Source: an uncultured virus (IMG/VR IMGVR_UViG_3300050132_000502) (taxonomy: Duplodnaviria > Heunggongvirae > Uroviricota > Caudoviricetes). Taken from it: a stretch of DNA of 64,000 nt. The DNA lies in the IMG/VR virus record IMGVR_UViG_3300050132_000502; one strand, 5' to 3'. The position numbers and the translations under genes are program-made. Positions 36,950-46,833 of the stretch are shown here, piece by piece. Positions within the stretch are counted from its first letter, which is position 1. Every line of letters begins with the position of its first letter. A model generated the notes under the pieces. That model did not search any database. It was not told the origin of the DNA and saw only the letters and a program-made list of their open reading frames with translations.

Positions 36950-37597
36950 TTAGTTGCCCAGTGGTGAAGGTTCGGCGCTCACCAACCACGACCGACCGAC
37001 CTTGGTAAGAGAGACAGAAACCGCGTTCACCGCCGCTCCCGTCACGGGAGGCAAACGTGTCCCGCTACTAGTGAACGAGCCGTACGTCCAGGTGACTTGC
37101 ACGACGCAATGAAGGGCGCACGTACCCACTCCTTCGGGCAGTTCTGCATCCGAAATGTATGGATAGATGCCGGTCTTGCCCACCGTTAAGAGCGTCCACG
37201 CGTTCTTCGATCCAGGGCTGGTGACAGTCCCGTTATGCGTGCTGTCGTAGGCGTAGAACGACGGAGTCTCAAAGGGCTTCGCGAGCACGTCTTCGCCGTG
37301 AAGAATGTTCGGCCACTTGTAGAACTCCGAGTAATAGTTCGTGACCCATTGAGCCGCCGACCAGATCACTGACCCTTTGTCGTTGATGCCATCAGGACCC
37401 GACGGTCCTGTCGTGAAGAGTGTGGTCGTCGTCGTTCCCGGCTTGGTAGTCGTCGTGCTTGGTGACGTCGTAGTCGTTGCGCTTGCTCCACCTCCGGGGT
37501 ACGTGGGTGTCGGCGTAGAACGACTCGTGAAGTACCAGATGACTGACGTGAGTACGACGACCACGACAACGAGATAGATGACTCCAGTCCGTCTCAT
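36950..37597 (-). CDS. Membrane-anchored protein with Thr-rich linker (transfer-associated)
   Basis: N-terminal TM, poly-Thr linker, globular C-terminal domain. Confidence 0.65.
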   Translation of the reverse strand: MRRTGVIYLVVVVVVLTSVIWYFTSRSTPTPTYPGGGASATTTTSPSTTTTKPGTTTTTLFTTGPSGPDGINDKGSVIWSAAQWVTNYYSEFYKWPNILHGEDVLAKPFETPSFYAYDSTHNGTVTSPGSKNAWTLLTVGKTGIYPYISDAELPEGVGTCALHCVVQVTWTYGSFTSSGTRLPPVTGAAVNAVSVSLTKVGRSWLVSAEPSPLGN

Positions 37598-37839
37598 TTG
37601 ACTGACCGATGTTCACATACCGTCTGCACGCGAATTGGATAAGCGGCGGGACACGGTTTTCCAGGGGCGCGTTCTATGTACGTGATCGTCACACCCGACG
37701 TAGTAGTCGTGAGGTTTGAACTCGTGTTCGCTCCACCTCCGACGTACGTGACGGTTTTAAGTGAGCCCGAAAGAAAGAAGGCGAGAGCCATGACCACGAT
37801 GACTGCTCCAGATATCCAAAGAGCGGTAGAGCGTTTCAT
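37594..37839 (-). CDS. Small membrane/secreted protein
   Basis: N-terminal hydrophobic helix; coupled to neighbours. Confidence 0.6.
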   Translation of the reverse strand: MKRSTALWISGAVIVVMALAFFLSGSLKTVTYVGGGANTSSNLTTTTSGVTITYIERAPGKPCPAAYPIRVQTVCEHRSVK

Positions 37840-38079
37840 TTACTTGGCCCTCTGTAGATGAGTGTTGATGAAGTTGCGGATGTGAGGAATGATATTTGCT
37901 CCGTTGTGCGTGTAGAGGTACCACGTCACGGCGATCACCACCACGATGAGAATCATCGAGATCAGTCGAGAGAATATCTCGCTCGCCACCGAGAGGAGGG
38001 CTATGAGGATGAGGGCGATGACAATGTGTGGTCCGGTGAGTAACTTCATTTGACTGTTCTCTAACCCCAAGAAATTCAC
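37840..38079 (-). CDS. Small membrane protein
   Basis: Two hydrophobic helices; overlaps the hydrolase stop. Confidence 0.6.
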   Translation of the reverse strand: MNFLGLENSQMKLLTGPHIVIALILIALLSVASEIFSRLISMILIVVVIAVTWYLYTHNGANIIPHIRNFINTHLQRAK

Positions 38080-40775
38080 GCCGCCGCTCCCCCGCCTTCA
38101 AAGCCGTCGCTATACCAAGGAATGATCTGGACGTCGCTGCCTTCTTCAGGAGCCTGAATGATCATTGGCGTGAACGTGGTGACCGTCTGCGTGAACGTGT
38201 TGCCGGTCGGACTGCCCGAGCACGTCGTTGACAACTCCACCAAGCCCGACATCACCTTGGACGTCACACACGAAGAGACAGTGCTGGTTGTGGGCGTGCC
38301 GGTCTGGACCATCCCGAGGAACATCACCACGTGATCGGGAAGTCCCGTTGAGTCAGGGAAGTAGAAGAGGAGGTCACCCGGTTCCATTGTGGTCATGTCC
38401 TGGGAGATACCCGACTGCGCTTGCACGTACTCGTACTGCGCCTGTGACGTTCGAGGCAACGCGACTCCGGCTTTGCCAAAGGAGTATTGGACAAGACCCG
38501 AGCAGTCGAATCCGGGATCGCCGGTCTGCGTCGCGTACTCAGCGGAACACGGGTTTCCTGATCCGTAGATCGCGGTCGAGACGACGAAGCCTCCAGAGCA
38601 CGCGGGTGCGCCGTACCCAGCAAGCCCCATGCCTACGCCCGCCGTGCCACCGCCACCGTAGACGTACGGGATGCCAACTTCTGTCTTCGCGGTAGTGACG
38701 GCGAGTTGCGCCTGCGGACTTCCACCGGGCACGTTGGGAATGTTTGATCCGTAGTTGCACGAGGGCAGTGTGTCGGTGAGGCTCTGCACAATGAGTGCCG
38801 CTGCTGACGACCACGGTTGGAGCACGGACACTGACGTCCCGAGCGTTGCGGCCTGTGCCGCTGGTGAAGCACTACGAATCTTGTCGCCCGACAAGAACTG
38901 AGAAACCGCATCGGGCACACTGGTGATGTCGTTGCCGAAGACGCCCGTCGTTGGGTAAAGAGAACTTTGTCCCAGCGTCGATCCGGTGAGTGCGTCAATG
39001 ATCATCGCCTCTTCCGTCGAACTGTTCGCGCCACGAGCCTTGGCAACATTCACGATCTTCTCCGCCAACTGCAACTGCCCCTGTGTGAGCACCAAGGTGC
39101 CGGTAGGACTGGAGACAGTGAGTGAGGTTGGTTGTGAGCCGCCCGTACCGCACGACTGATTTGCCTGAGGAGACCATCCCGCCGCCCAGTCGGTTGCCAA
39201 AAGATAGATGTTCTGATCCATCGTCACGGAGTTGTTCGCAATAGGCAACATGCCAAGAGCCTTGACGACGGCAGATCGAAGACTCTGCGCCGCCGAGTTC
39301 GTTGGGTCGAACGTCGGTATGACGAGACCGTTCGAGTTCACTCCTTGCAACAGGCTCACGTTGCCTTCGGCTTTTGACTTGTAGAGGTCCTTCGCCAGCG
39401 TGGTGCCGAACCACTCTGAAGAAAGCGAGAGGCTGGTCGCGCTCGCTGCGGGGAGAGCGGTCGTCGTGACGCAATATGGTCCACTGGACTCTGCCGGACA
39501 CGTGCCACTGCTCGTAGACGAAGGATTCGACGCCGACGTCTTCAGGGCAGTCCCCGTGTACGATCCGGGCACCTCAACGCCAGGGGCTATGGCCGAGATA
39601 GTGGGCGGTGGACTCTTGCCAGGAGCATTGATCGTGCAAGCATCGTCCCACCCTGGATAGAAACTGTTGGGGTGATTATTGAGGATGAAGAGGGCCGCAG
39701 CATTCTGCGCTGCCGGGGTTGCTTGGTACGGTTGCGACGCACCATATTGCGTGGAGAAACCGTCCGCCACCCACGTTGACTCAAGGATGCCGTACGCACC
39801 CGATGGCGCACTCGCGCTGTTGTATGCATCACCGGATTCCGCTTGACGGATGCACGCCCAGTCCGCCGTGTCAATGGTGGAGTAGTCCGTCGATGACGGG
39901 TCGATGGTGGCTGGCACTGATCCGTTGCGGCCTACCTCACAGTCAATGCCGACTCCGACGTAACCAACCGACGACACGCACGCACTCGTCGTCGGGGTTG
40001 CTGCCGTACCCGTGCTACTAGGACTCGATGAACCCGCCGACGAAGCGGTGAGAGGAACGACCGATGGGCAAATCGAGTCTGGTGCCGAACCAGCCGGACA
40101 CGCTCCTCCCGTCTGCGCAACATTGGACCCGACTCCCGTTTCGTAATAGACTGTCGCCGCCATCAACTCCCACGGCGTGATTGATGATTCCGCCGCGTCC
40201 TGAATCGACGCGAGGTTGTTCGCTGGCTCACCCGTACTCGTCGTGGCCGATGAGGTCTGCTGGGCGTTGTTGGCAATGAGTGAGTTCACGGTGGCACCCA
40301 CGCCGAGCAACAGACTGATCCACAAGAAGACCGGCAAGAGCGGCAAGAAGATCAGCGCCAGTATCCAACGACCCTTGGTCGTCGTGAGGACACCTTTGAC
40401 GAGGCCAACGGCTGCACCTTGAAGACCGCCACCCACGACCGCACCTTCAGCGGACTTTCCGGTGGCCCCCTTAACGGTGTCCTTGAGGATTTTTCCGGTC
40501 TTCGCCTTGGCCGACGTGTTCTTGTTGGCGTCACGTTCCGCCTTGAGACCTTTCGGAGTGAGACCCTTGGCGTCAGGCACACCGGCTTTCTTCGCGACCT
40601 TGCCACCGACCTTCTTGGCCGTTTCCGATTCCGCCTTCTTCGTGGCTCCAGCACTCTCTTTGCCGGGTGGTGGTCCAATCGCCTTGTGTTTCTTCTCTAC
40701 GTTCAGCGGAGGTTTGCGACTAGAGACTTTCTTGCCCGCATTCGATGCGGCGTTGGGAAGCCGTGGATCAGACAT
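38076..40775 (-). CDS. Conjugation peptidoglycan hydrolase: Rpf-like transglycosylase plus NlpC/P60
   Basis: TM; DWACIRQAESG...GAYGI..STW; PYVYGG..GFDCSGLVQY..LPRTS..QY..PGDLLF..HV. Confidence 0.85.
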   Translation of the reverse strand: MSDPRLPNAASNAGKKVSSRKPPLNVEKKHKAIGPPPGKESAGATKKAESETAKKVGGKVAKKAGVPDAKGLTPKGLKAERDANKNTSAKAKTGKILKDTVKGATGKSAEGAVVGGGLQGAAVGLVKGVLTTTKGRWILALIFLPLLPVFLWISLLLGVGATVNSLIANNAQQTSSATTSTGEPANNLASIQDAAESSITPWELMAATVYYETGVGSNVAQTGGACPAGSAPDSICPSVVPLTASSAGSSSPSSTGTAATPTTSACVSSVGYVGVGIDCEVGRNGSVPATIDPSSTDYSTIDTADWACIRQAESGDAYNSASAPSGAYGILESTWVADGFSTQYGASQPYQATPAAQNAAALFILNNHPNSFYPGWDDACTINAPGKSPPPTISAIAPGVEVPGSYTGTALKTSASNPSSTSSGTCPAESSGPYCVTTTALPAASATSLSLSSEWFGTTLAKDLYKSKAEGNVSLLQGVNSNGLVIPTFDPTNSAAQSLRSAVVKALGMLPIANNSVTMDQNIYLLATDWAAGWSPQANQSCGTGGSQPTSLTVSSPTGTLVLTQGQLQLAEKIVNVAKARGANSSTEEAMIIDALTGSTLGQSSLYPTTGVFGNDITSVPDAVSQFLSGDKIRSASPAAQAATLGTSVSVLQPWSSAAALIVQSLTDTLPSCNYGSNIPNVPGGSPQAQLAVTTAKTEVGIPYVYGGGGTAGVGMGLAGYGAPACSGGFVVSTAIYGSGNPCSAEYATQTGDPGFDCSGLVQYSFGKAGVALPRTSQAQYEYVQAQSGISQDMTTMEPGDLLFYFPDSTGLPDHVVMFLGMVQTGTPTTSTVSSCVTSKVMSGLVELSTTCSGSPTGNTFTQTVTTFTPMIIQAPEEGSDVQIIPWYSDGFEGGGAAA

Positions 40776-40778
40776 GGA

Positions 40779-43700
40779 CTACGACTCGTTCATCTCATCA
40801 AAGAAGTGATCCGCTCGTCGATTGAACTCTTCGTTGTCAGCCTCTCTACGAGCATCGTCGTCTTGGCGGGCTGGTGCTACGTCGGGATCGAGCGGGTTGC
40901 CTGAGGAGCGTTCTCTTGGATCAACTGGCTCGCGTGTCGGAGTCTCTCCGCCGGTCTCGACATGAACGGTGCGACTCGTGGGGGTTTGCCATTCGTTCAA
41001 GCGTCGATTGGTGGCATCAACCTCATCAGGGCTCAAGACGTGAGCATCGTCTGCCGTCGTGTATCTACCATCGGGCGACGTCGTGGGTCCTTGATCGTCT
41101 GGCGTCAATACAGAAGGTTGACGAACAGACCTATCCGGCTTGGTGATTCCATGACGACGAGTGTGCAACTTGCGACCAACCGCCGCCGCGCCCACCGCAC
41201 CAGCCGCAATTGCCCCGAGACCAAGAACGCCTGCGCCGACGGGAGCCATCGCAAGACCCACCGTGCCAATCGCGGCATACTTGGCTGACTTTCTACCGGC
41301 GACCGCAACCTTCCCCATTACCGACTTACCCCTCATTGCCTCAAGTGGATGAGGTCCTACGTACTTGGCACCGTTGACCAATCTACTGCCCACTGCTTTC
41401 GCGGTATCTTTCGCTCCGGCGACGCGATGAGTTGCCCCTTCTGCATCACGCTTGCTCATCTTCGCCCGAGCCGCCGCCGAGAAGTTCTTCGCTCTCGCCG
41501 CTGCTGAAACCTTGGTCGTCCCTCGTCCACCGGCTGTCGCACCCTCGACACCAGCGGCGGCTTGTGTAGCGGCTAAACCTTCGGTGGTCGTATCGCCGCC
41601 GGTTGGAGTTCCTCCGGTATCACTGTCTCCGCTGGGCGCTCCAGAACCGGCATCATGCTCTCCGGCTTTCCCGGCACCACTTCCGCTTCCGCCGCGACCT
41701 CCACCAGACATTCCGCCTCGACGGTGTCGACCACCACCTCGACGACCAGCAATGGCACCAGCACCAGGTACGCCGTTGTTCGATGCGTAGTTGCCCGCCA
41801 TACGACGAGCCTTGGCCCAGTGGCTCTCCAGTTCAGCGCCACCGATGGCACCCAGTGTTCCGGCTGATGCCGCGTATCCCATCACGCTCGATGGCTTGAA
41901 GGGAGACGGAGCCTTCAGAACTTTCTTGAAGAACATGTGGATGATGTAGATGGAGACGAGTGGGCAAAGTCCGATCCACAGCAGAGCGAAGATCGAACCT
42001 GGTCCCGTCAGCGCCGAACCAACCGTCGCGAGCATTGATGAGATGCCCGCGATAACTGAAAGCACGAGTCCCACGCACGTTGAGAAGATGACCAGGCTCA
42101 ACGTCTTCTTCGCCATCATCAAGAACTTGCCTTCGCTGTTCGCAAACGGCAACAGCATGAAGATCAGCATGATGGGCAACATCAAGAGCAGTAAGAGGAG
42201 CGCGATCTTAGAGATGAGCAACGCAATGGAGAGTCCGAAGAAGACCAGCATGATGATGGTCGAGGAGAACAGGAACAGGAGAGCCGCCGTCTCCGCACTG
42301 ACGTTCGACGTGCCGTGCAAGTTGTTCAAGTAATCAGCAATGCCCGCTCCGTACTGCTCTCCGTTGATCGTGCTGGCCGGAGCGCCATCGACCGTCAGGC
42401 CGCTGGGAACCGTGCCCGAAGTGTCGCTCTCGATGTTGGCCGGAGTTGCGGCCCACCAATTGAAGACTGAGTAGTCGGAGTTCGCGATGCCACCGGCCAT
42501 CACCGTCGGCGTCCCGTACGTCGTGCCGCCGTTGTCGTGTACCGGGGTCTCAAAGAATGCTTGACAATCGTCTGCTGCCACTGCCGCGCTACCGCTCGGG
42601 GTGACGCTGTTGTCTACTTGGGTCCATTCGGAGGGGCTGATGAGACCACCACTCTGCACGTCCCACTCCATTGGCATGTCGGTACTCGCGTTGGTTTGAC
42701 ACGCGGCCCAACCGACCATCGATTCGTCTTGCGTCTGCGGAGAGATCGCACCGTTCCACGCGAGTGACGACGACGACGAAGAACCGGTGCTACCAAGAAT
42801 CCCGCCGCTCACGGCCCCCGAACTTTGATCGTACGTTCCGGCGAGAGAGGGCGACTCCGAGAGAGCAATCGCCGCGCTCTCCATCTGCGCCTGATATCTC
42901 GGACGGATACCCGCGTTCTGTTCAAGAAGGTGACAGTACGAGAGTAAGCCGAAGTTGTTGCTCGAACCGAACTGTTCCTCAACGTAAGTAGGAACCGCGA
43001 GACCTTCCCACAGTGTGTTGAGGGCTATGGGGACAGCGGCGTAGTTCGAGCCCACACCAGCACTGCCTCCATCGGCGGCGGAGACTCCGCCCGCCGCGCC
43101 CGAGTAGGTGTCAACGAGAGCCTCGTTGTAGTAGTAGCAGTTGAGCGGATCGCCAAGAGCCTGTCCACCGCCATTCGCCCCAATGCCCGACACGGCAGCG
43201 GCCATGAGTTCGGTTGGTTTGGACGTGATCGCACTCACGGTTCCGTACACGGTATTGAGTATCCACGCGGGAGAGAAGGTGGGATCGGGATTTGTCGCCG
43301 TTGTCGCTGACGAAGCGTTGATCATCAAGGTGAAAATCGCCACCACAACGACAATGCGAAAGAGACTGCTGAGGAGACCTTTGCCACTGCCGCGTATCCG
43401 ACTGATGAGCAGAGCCACGAGAGCGACGATGACGACAATGACGATGATGTTGCCCTGGACGAGCGCATTGTCAAACGCCGCCGACGCACTGTCCACCGCC
43501 GTGCCGACTGATGACGAGATGCAGAAATTGTTCGCGAACTCTGTTGATGAGACACCGAGCCCCCACTCGGTGTCGCCTGCTGACATTAGCGGGGAGATCA
43601 GTCCACTGCGCTGGGCGTAGGCAATGTCGTTGCCGATGTTGAAGCCGAGTGAAAGATCGGTGTGCGTCGTTCCGAGCGAGCCAAGCCAACGATTCGCTGG

Positions 43701-43910
43701 CAGGTAGTTCGATGCGGTGGTCGAGGCCGCGACACTGCTTGCGGTTGAGGTCGGACAAAGAGTCGTAGCCCCGGTGGTCGCGGCGGGAGTGGTGGTGGGT
43801 GGTGTCGTTCCGGCTGATGCGGACGAGACGGCGATGAAGAGGGGAAAGATCGAGGCAACGAGTAGCGCAAGGAAGCCTTTAACTACTCGTTGAGACCACA
43901 CCTTTCTCAT
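40779..43910 (-). CDS. Large polytopic membrane protein, VirB6/TcpH-like
   Basis: Signal peptide, multiple TMs, Gly/Ala/Arg-rich disordered C-terminus; position in cluster. Confidence 0.65.
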   Translation of the reverse strand: MRKVWSQRVVKGFLALLVASIFPLFIAVSSASAGTTPPTTTPAATTGATTLCPTSTASSVAASTTASNYLPANRWLGSLGTTHTDLSLGFNIGNDIAYAQRSGLISPLMSAGDTEWGLGVSSTEFANNFCISSSVGTAVDSASAAFDNALVQGNIIVIVVIVALVALLISRIRGSGKGLLSSLFRIVVVVAIFTLMINASSATTATNPDPTFSPAWILNTVYGTVSAITSKPTELMAAAVSGIGANGGGQALGDPLNCYYYNEALVDTYSGAAGGVSAADGGSAGVGSNYAAVPIALNTLWEGLAVPTYVEEQFGSSNNFGLLSYCHLLEQNAGIRPRYQAQMESAAIALSESPSLAGTYDQSSGAVSGGILGSTGSSSSSSLAWNGAISPQTQDESMVGWAACQTNASTDMPMEWDVQSGGLISPSEWTQVDNSVTPSGSAAVAADDCQAFFETPVHDNGGTTYGTPTVMAGGIANSDYSVFNWWAATPANIESDTSGTVPSGLTVDGAPASTINGEQYGAGIADYLNNLHGTSNVSAETAALLFLFSSTIIMLVFFGLSIALLISKIALLLLLLMLPIMLIFMLLPFANSEGKFLMMAKKTLSLVIFSTCVGLVLSVIAGISSMLATVGSALTGPGSIFALLWIGLCPLVSIYIIHMFFKKVLKAPSPFKPSSVMGYAASAGTLGAIGGAELESHWAKARRMAGNYASNNGVPGAGAIAGRRGGGRHRRGGMSGGGRGGSGSGAGKAGEHDAGSGAPSGDSDTGGTPTGGDTTTEGLAATQAAAGVEGATAGGRGTTKVSAAARAKNFSAAARAKMSKRDAEGATHRVAGAKDTAKAVGSRLVNGAKYVGPHPLEAMRGKSVMGKVAVAGRKSAKYAAIGTVGLAMAPVGAGVLGLGAIAAGAVGAAAVGRKLHTRRHGITKPDRSVRQPSVLTPDDQGPTTSPDGRYTTADDAHVLSPDEVDATNRRLNEWQTPTSRTVHVETGGETPTREPVDPRERSSGNPLDPDVAPARQDDDARREADNEEFNRRADHFFDEMNES

Positions 43911-43965
43911 GCTTTCGTCTTTCTTCACGCATTCTGGTCGCTCCGTTTGCACACCTTGAGTGGGC

Positions 43966-44268
43966 TTATCCGCCGAATGCCTTTAGAACGATATTGCAAA
44001 ACCCATCAACAATGTCCAAGAGGTAGCCGATGAACGTGCTGGGGTCCGACAGAATCATTCCGAGGATCACGGTCAGAATCAATCCAATGTGACTCCCTCG
44101 CTGGCCTTTGCGACGGTCCATGATGTACTTGACCGCCGAGAAGATGACCAAGAGCACACCAACGAAAGCCATCCACTTCGTGACCACTCCGATGCCAGAG
44201 GCTCCACTCAAGGTGGTCCAAAAACTCTTCCAACTGGAGGTGAAGTCCACGGTCGCTGCTACTAACAT
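43966..44268 (-). CDS. Small two-TM protein, VirB2/pilin-like
   Basis: 100 aa, two hydrophobic helices around a basic loop; first gene of operon. Confidence 0.5.
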   Translation of the reverse strand: MLVAATVDFTSSWKSFWTTLSGASGIGVVTKWMAFVGVLLVIFSAVKYIMDRRKGQRGSHIGLILTVILGMILSDPSTFIGYLLDIVDGFCNIVLKAFGG

Positions 44269-44300
44269 TGGTGACTCCCTTTAGTTCGTCTGTTCTTTGT

Positions 44301-44309
44301 TATGGGTGC
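44301..44309 (-). promoter_or_regulatory. Motif A upstream of the conjugation operon
   Basis: tatgggtgc is the reverse complement of GCACCCATA, 32 nt before the 44268 start. Confidence 0.7.
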
Positions 44310-44332
44310 GAGATGACGAATTTCTCATACCT

Positions 44333-44473
44333 TTAGATGCCGAACGCAGTGAGAATCGCAAACACGACGAGTAACGCCGCTATTCCGAGGATCACGTAGA
44401 GGCCACGACCGTCCCGCCACTCCGCAATTTCCCGTTTTTCTCTCGCTGTTTTAGAGAACTTCTCTTCGTTCAT
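44333..44473 (-). CDS. 46-aa membrane protein (absent from ORF track)
   Basis: MNEEKFSKTAREKREIAEWRDGRGLYVILGIAALLVVFAILTAFGI; ATGA overlap with upstream gene. Confidence 0.6.
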   Translation of the reverse strand: MNEEKFSKTAREKREIAEWRDGRGLYVILGIAALLVVFAILTAFGI

Positions 44474-44907
44474 CCCTGCAAGAGTACATCGGAATAATCT
44501 CCGGTTGGGCGACTATCGAGCATTGGATTGGGCATTGAACTGGAGACCAACGTTCCCCATTTTCCACCCAAAGGATCGACTTGAACGCCACAACACGTGA
44601 ACTTGCCCACGTTTGAACGACGTCGGTCGAGAAGTGACTGATATTGACGAAGGTGAAGACCACTCCTCGTCCTGCTTTCGATGAGCCAAAACACTGCACC
44701 TTCAATGATGAACAGCATGGAGAAGCCGTAGGTGCCGATCAATTGATACGCGATGAGTGAGGCGAAAAGACCGGGAAGAAATCCGATGGCCGCGATGATG
44801 AGACCCCGAGCCGGTAAGTCGAGACCTTGGATCACGACTCGACGTTGCGACGATGACTTACGTGTGAGGTTGGTGAGGGTATAGACCTTCATCCGGGCGA
44901 GGGCCAC
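44470..44907 (-). CDS. TcpE/VirB3-like membrane protein
   Basis: MKVYTLT...IQGLDLP, two TMs, basic C-terminus. Confidence 0.5.
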   Translation of the reverse strand: MALARMKVYTLTNLTRKSSSQRRVVIQGLDLPARGLIIAAIGFLPGLFASLIAYQLIGTYGFSMLFIIEGAVFWLIESRTRSGLHLRQYQSLLDRRRSNVGKFTCCGVQVDPLGGKWGTLVSSSMPNPMLDSRPTGDYSDVLLQG

Positions 44908-45236
44908 TAACGAACGACCTCGAAGACGTGACCGACGAGCCGATACTGAGTGTCCGGTTCGAGATCGCCACCGATGTTTCCGGTCACCGTGTAGCGGACA
45001 TCCGGGGCGTCTTCATCTTCACCCATGATGGAGATCGATCCGCCTTCACCGGCTTGCGCGGTTCCACCGATTCCGGTGATGGCGACACCACTGGGTCCTA
45101 CTGAGGAGATGCCGTCGTCACCCGAGATGGCAATGCCGTAGACGCCCGCCTGAGCGAGTCCACCGTCACCGGCAATGGCAACCCCGTTGTCACCGGCAAT
45201 GGACTCTTCTCCGTAGCCGCTCAGTTCACGAGCCAC
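44907..45236 (-). CDS. Gly-rich AGxxG repeat protein
   Basis: GTG overlapping upstream TAG; AGDNG/AGDGG/AGVYG/SGDDG; LEPDTQY. Confidence 0.65.
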   Translation of the reverse strand: MARELSGYGEESIAGDNGVAIAGDGGLAQAGVYGIAISGDDGISSVGPSGVAITGIGGTAQAGEGGSISIMGEDEDAPDVRYTVTGNIGGDLEPDTQYRLVGHVFEVVR

Positions 45237-46159
45237 TACCGGCGCTCCGCGATGCTCATGGAAACAGCCCACAGGTTGTCCCCGTAGTTCGGGTGCCGCG
45301 TAATCACTTCGCACACTAAGTCCTTTTCGTCTTCACTAAGAGTACCGAATGGTGCAAAGAGTGATTCGCTGTCGAGCAATCCACGCTGGAACATCTCCGC
45401 GCACTTCACCGCGCCACCGCGCTCTTTGACGTCGGTGCGGAGTGTCGTCGCTTGGCGCTTCGGGATGGTCGCACCGAGTGGTCGTGGTGCAGGTCCGGCC
45501 ACCGCGTCCCACGCCATCTGGCGAGCGGCAATAGGGTCCTTCTCCACGGTCTTCATGGTGAATGACGCCACCGAGTCTTCGTCAAACTCATCAAGGTTGA
45601 CCTCAATGACTTCGTTGGCTCCGACCGCTTCGACCCGACGCAACACGTGGTCGTTGCCACCGTTGTGATTGTACTCGGTCGCGTCACCGGTCGTCGTGAA
45701 CGACGTCTCCATCACTCGACGATGGAAACCGTGCGAGGGTGGGTACTTTGTCGTCTTCTCTCGGATATCGGCAGCGATGGCGTCTTCCTCGATTGGGGTG
45801 AGGAGTCGACCAAGACGGTTCATCTCGGATGCGCACGTGTCGTGGTACTCACGGAGTGCCCCGTCGTCGCGGTGATTCGAGCGACCCTTCATCGCGGCAA
45901 TGGCGGCGAACTTGCAGGCGGAGTTGATCGAGGCTTCGTTGACCACTCGGTCAGGATTCTTCACCACGCTGGAGAACGTGAGCAATGCCTCTTGCATAAT
46001 GTCGTCCGCGTCCGCGCCGACGTACTTGCGGGCGTAGGTCTTCGACCATTTCCTGGCCCATGCCACGGTCGTTTCGAGTTCACCACCGTCGGGACGTCGG
46101 TTCTCCGCGTACTGTCCACCGGCCTTCGGTGTTCCCTTGGGTACTCGTGGTTGGCTCAT
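45236..46159 (-). CDS. Leader-tagged protein 30; sigma-70 region-2-like cargo
   Basis: MSQPRVPKGTPKAGGQYAENRRPDGGEL; YARKY..ADADDIMQEALL; LGRLLT..EED. Confidence 0.75.
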   Translation of the reverse strand: MSQPRVPKGTPKAGGQYAENRRPDGGELETTVAWARKWSKTYARKYVGADADDIMQEALLTFSSVVKNPDRVVNEASINSACKFAAIAAMKGRSNHRDDGALREYHDTCASEMNRLGRLLTPIEEDAIAADIREKTTKYPPSHGFHRRVMETSFTTTGDATEYNHNGGNDHVLRRVEAVGANEVIEVNLDEFDEDSVASFTMKTVEKDPIAARQMAWDAVAGPAPRPLGATIPKRQATTLRTDVKERGGAVKCAEMFQRGLLDSESLFAPFGTLSEDEKDLVCEVITRHPNYGDNLWAVSMSIAERR

Positions 46160-46186
46160 GTAATTCCCTTCGGTTCTTCCTTCTAT

Positions 46187-46195
46187 TATGGGTGC
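46187..46195 (-). promoter_or_regulatory. Motif A upstream of protein 30
   Basis: GCACCCATAAT on the minus strand. Confidence 0.7.
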
Positions 46196-46241
46196 GAAAT
46201 GTGACATCTTGTGGGATTCCGTTATCCCTCAAGGAGATGGC

Positions 46242-46790
46242 CTACGGAGTGGCCCTTGGGATGCTGTAGCCGTTCTCGGTGGCCCAGTCGAAGAAGTAAT
46301 CGACCTCCTGCGCCCGAAGATCGGCGAGACCTTTGATGTCAGCAGGATCGTTCAAATTGAAGTACAGATCGACGACTTCGGATACCTCTTCACGCTGAGT
46401 GTCCTCGCTGATGTCGTCGTCGTACAGAGCCTCGTCGAGAATTTCGTTGCGGATGGACTGACTGAAACTGTCTTGATTTTGATTCGCGTCCGCCAATTTT
46501 TTCTGGAGGGCTTCGATCATCATAGATTTCTGAAAGTCGATATCTTGATAACGACTTGACAACTTCTCGTAGTGCTTGGCGTGATCCAAGGGAGTCAACG
46601 TGCCATTCTCGTCCGCTTGACGGTGGGCACGGATGAGTTCATCAATCGAATTCGACGTCTCCATGATCAAAGTCTCACGATCAGCAAGCGTCGTGGGCTC
46701 AAAATCATTGTCGAGATCACTACCGTCGGGCCTGCGTCCTTCTGAGAACTGTCCACCGACGGGGGTTCCCTTCGGTTGTCGATTCGTCAT
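46242..46790 (-). CDS. Leader-tagged protein 31; cargo similar to protein 7
   Basis: MTNRQPKGTPVGGQFSEGRRPDGSDL; AAGGAG RBS. Confidence 0.85.
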   Translation of the reverse strand: MTNRQPKGTPVGGQFSEGRRPDGSDLDNDFEPTTLADRETLIMETSNSIDELIRAHRQADENGTLTPLDHAKHYEKLSSRYQDIDFQKSMMIEALQKKLADANQNQDSFSQSIRNEILDEALYDDDISEDTQREEVSEVVDLYFNLNDPADIKGLADLRAQEVDYFFDWATENGYSIPRATP

Positions 46791-46816
46791 CTTCGCTCCT
46801 TCGTCTCACCCTTAGT

Positions 46817-46825
46817 TATGGGTGC
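46817..46825 (-). promoter_or_regulatory. Motif A upstream of protein 31
   Basis: GCACCCATAACTAAGGGTGAGACG on the minus strand, similar to array copies. Confidence 0.7.
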
Positions 46826-46833
46826 AACAACGT

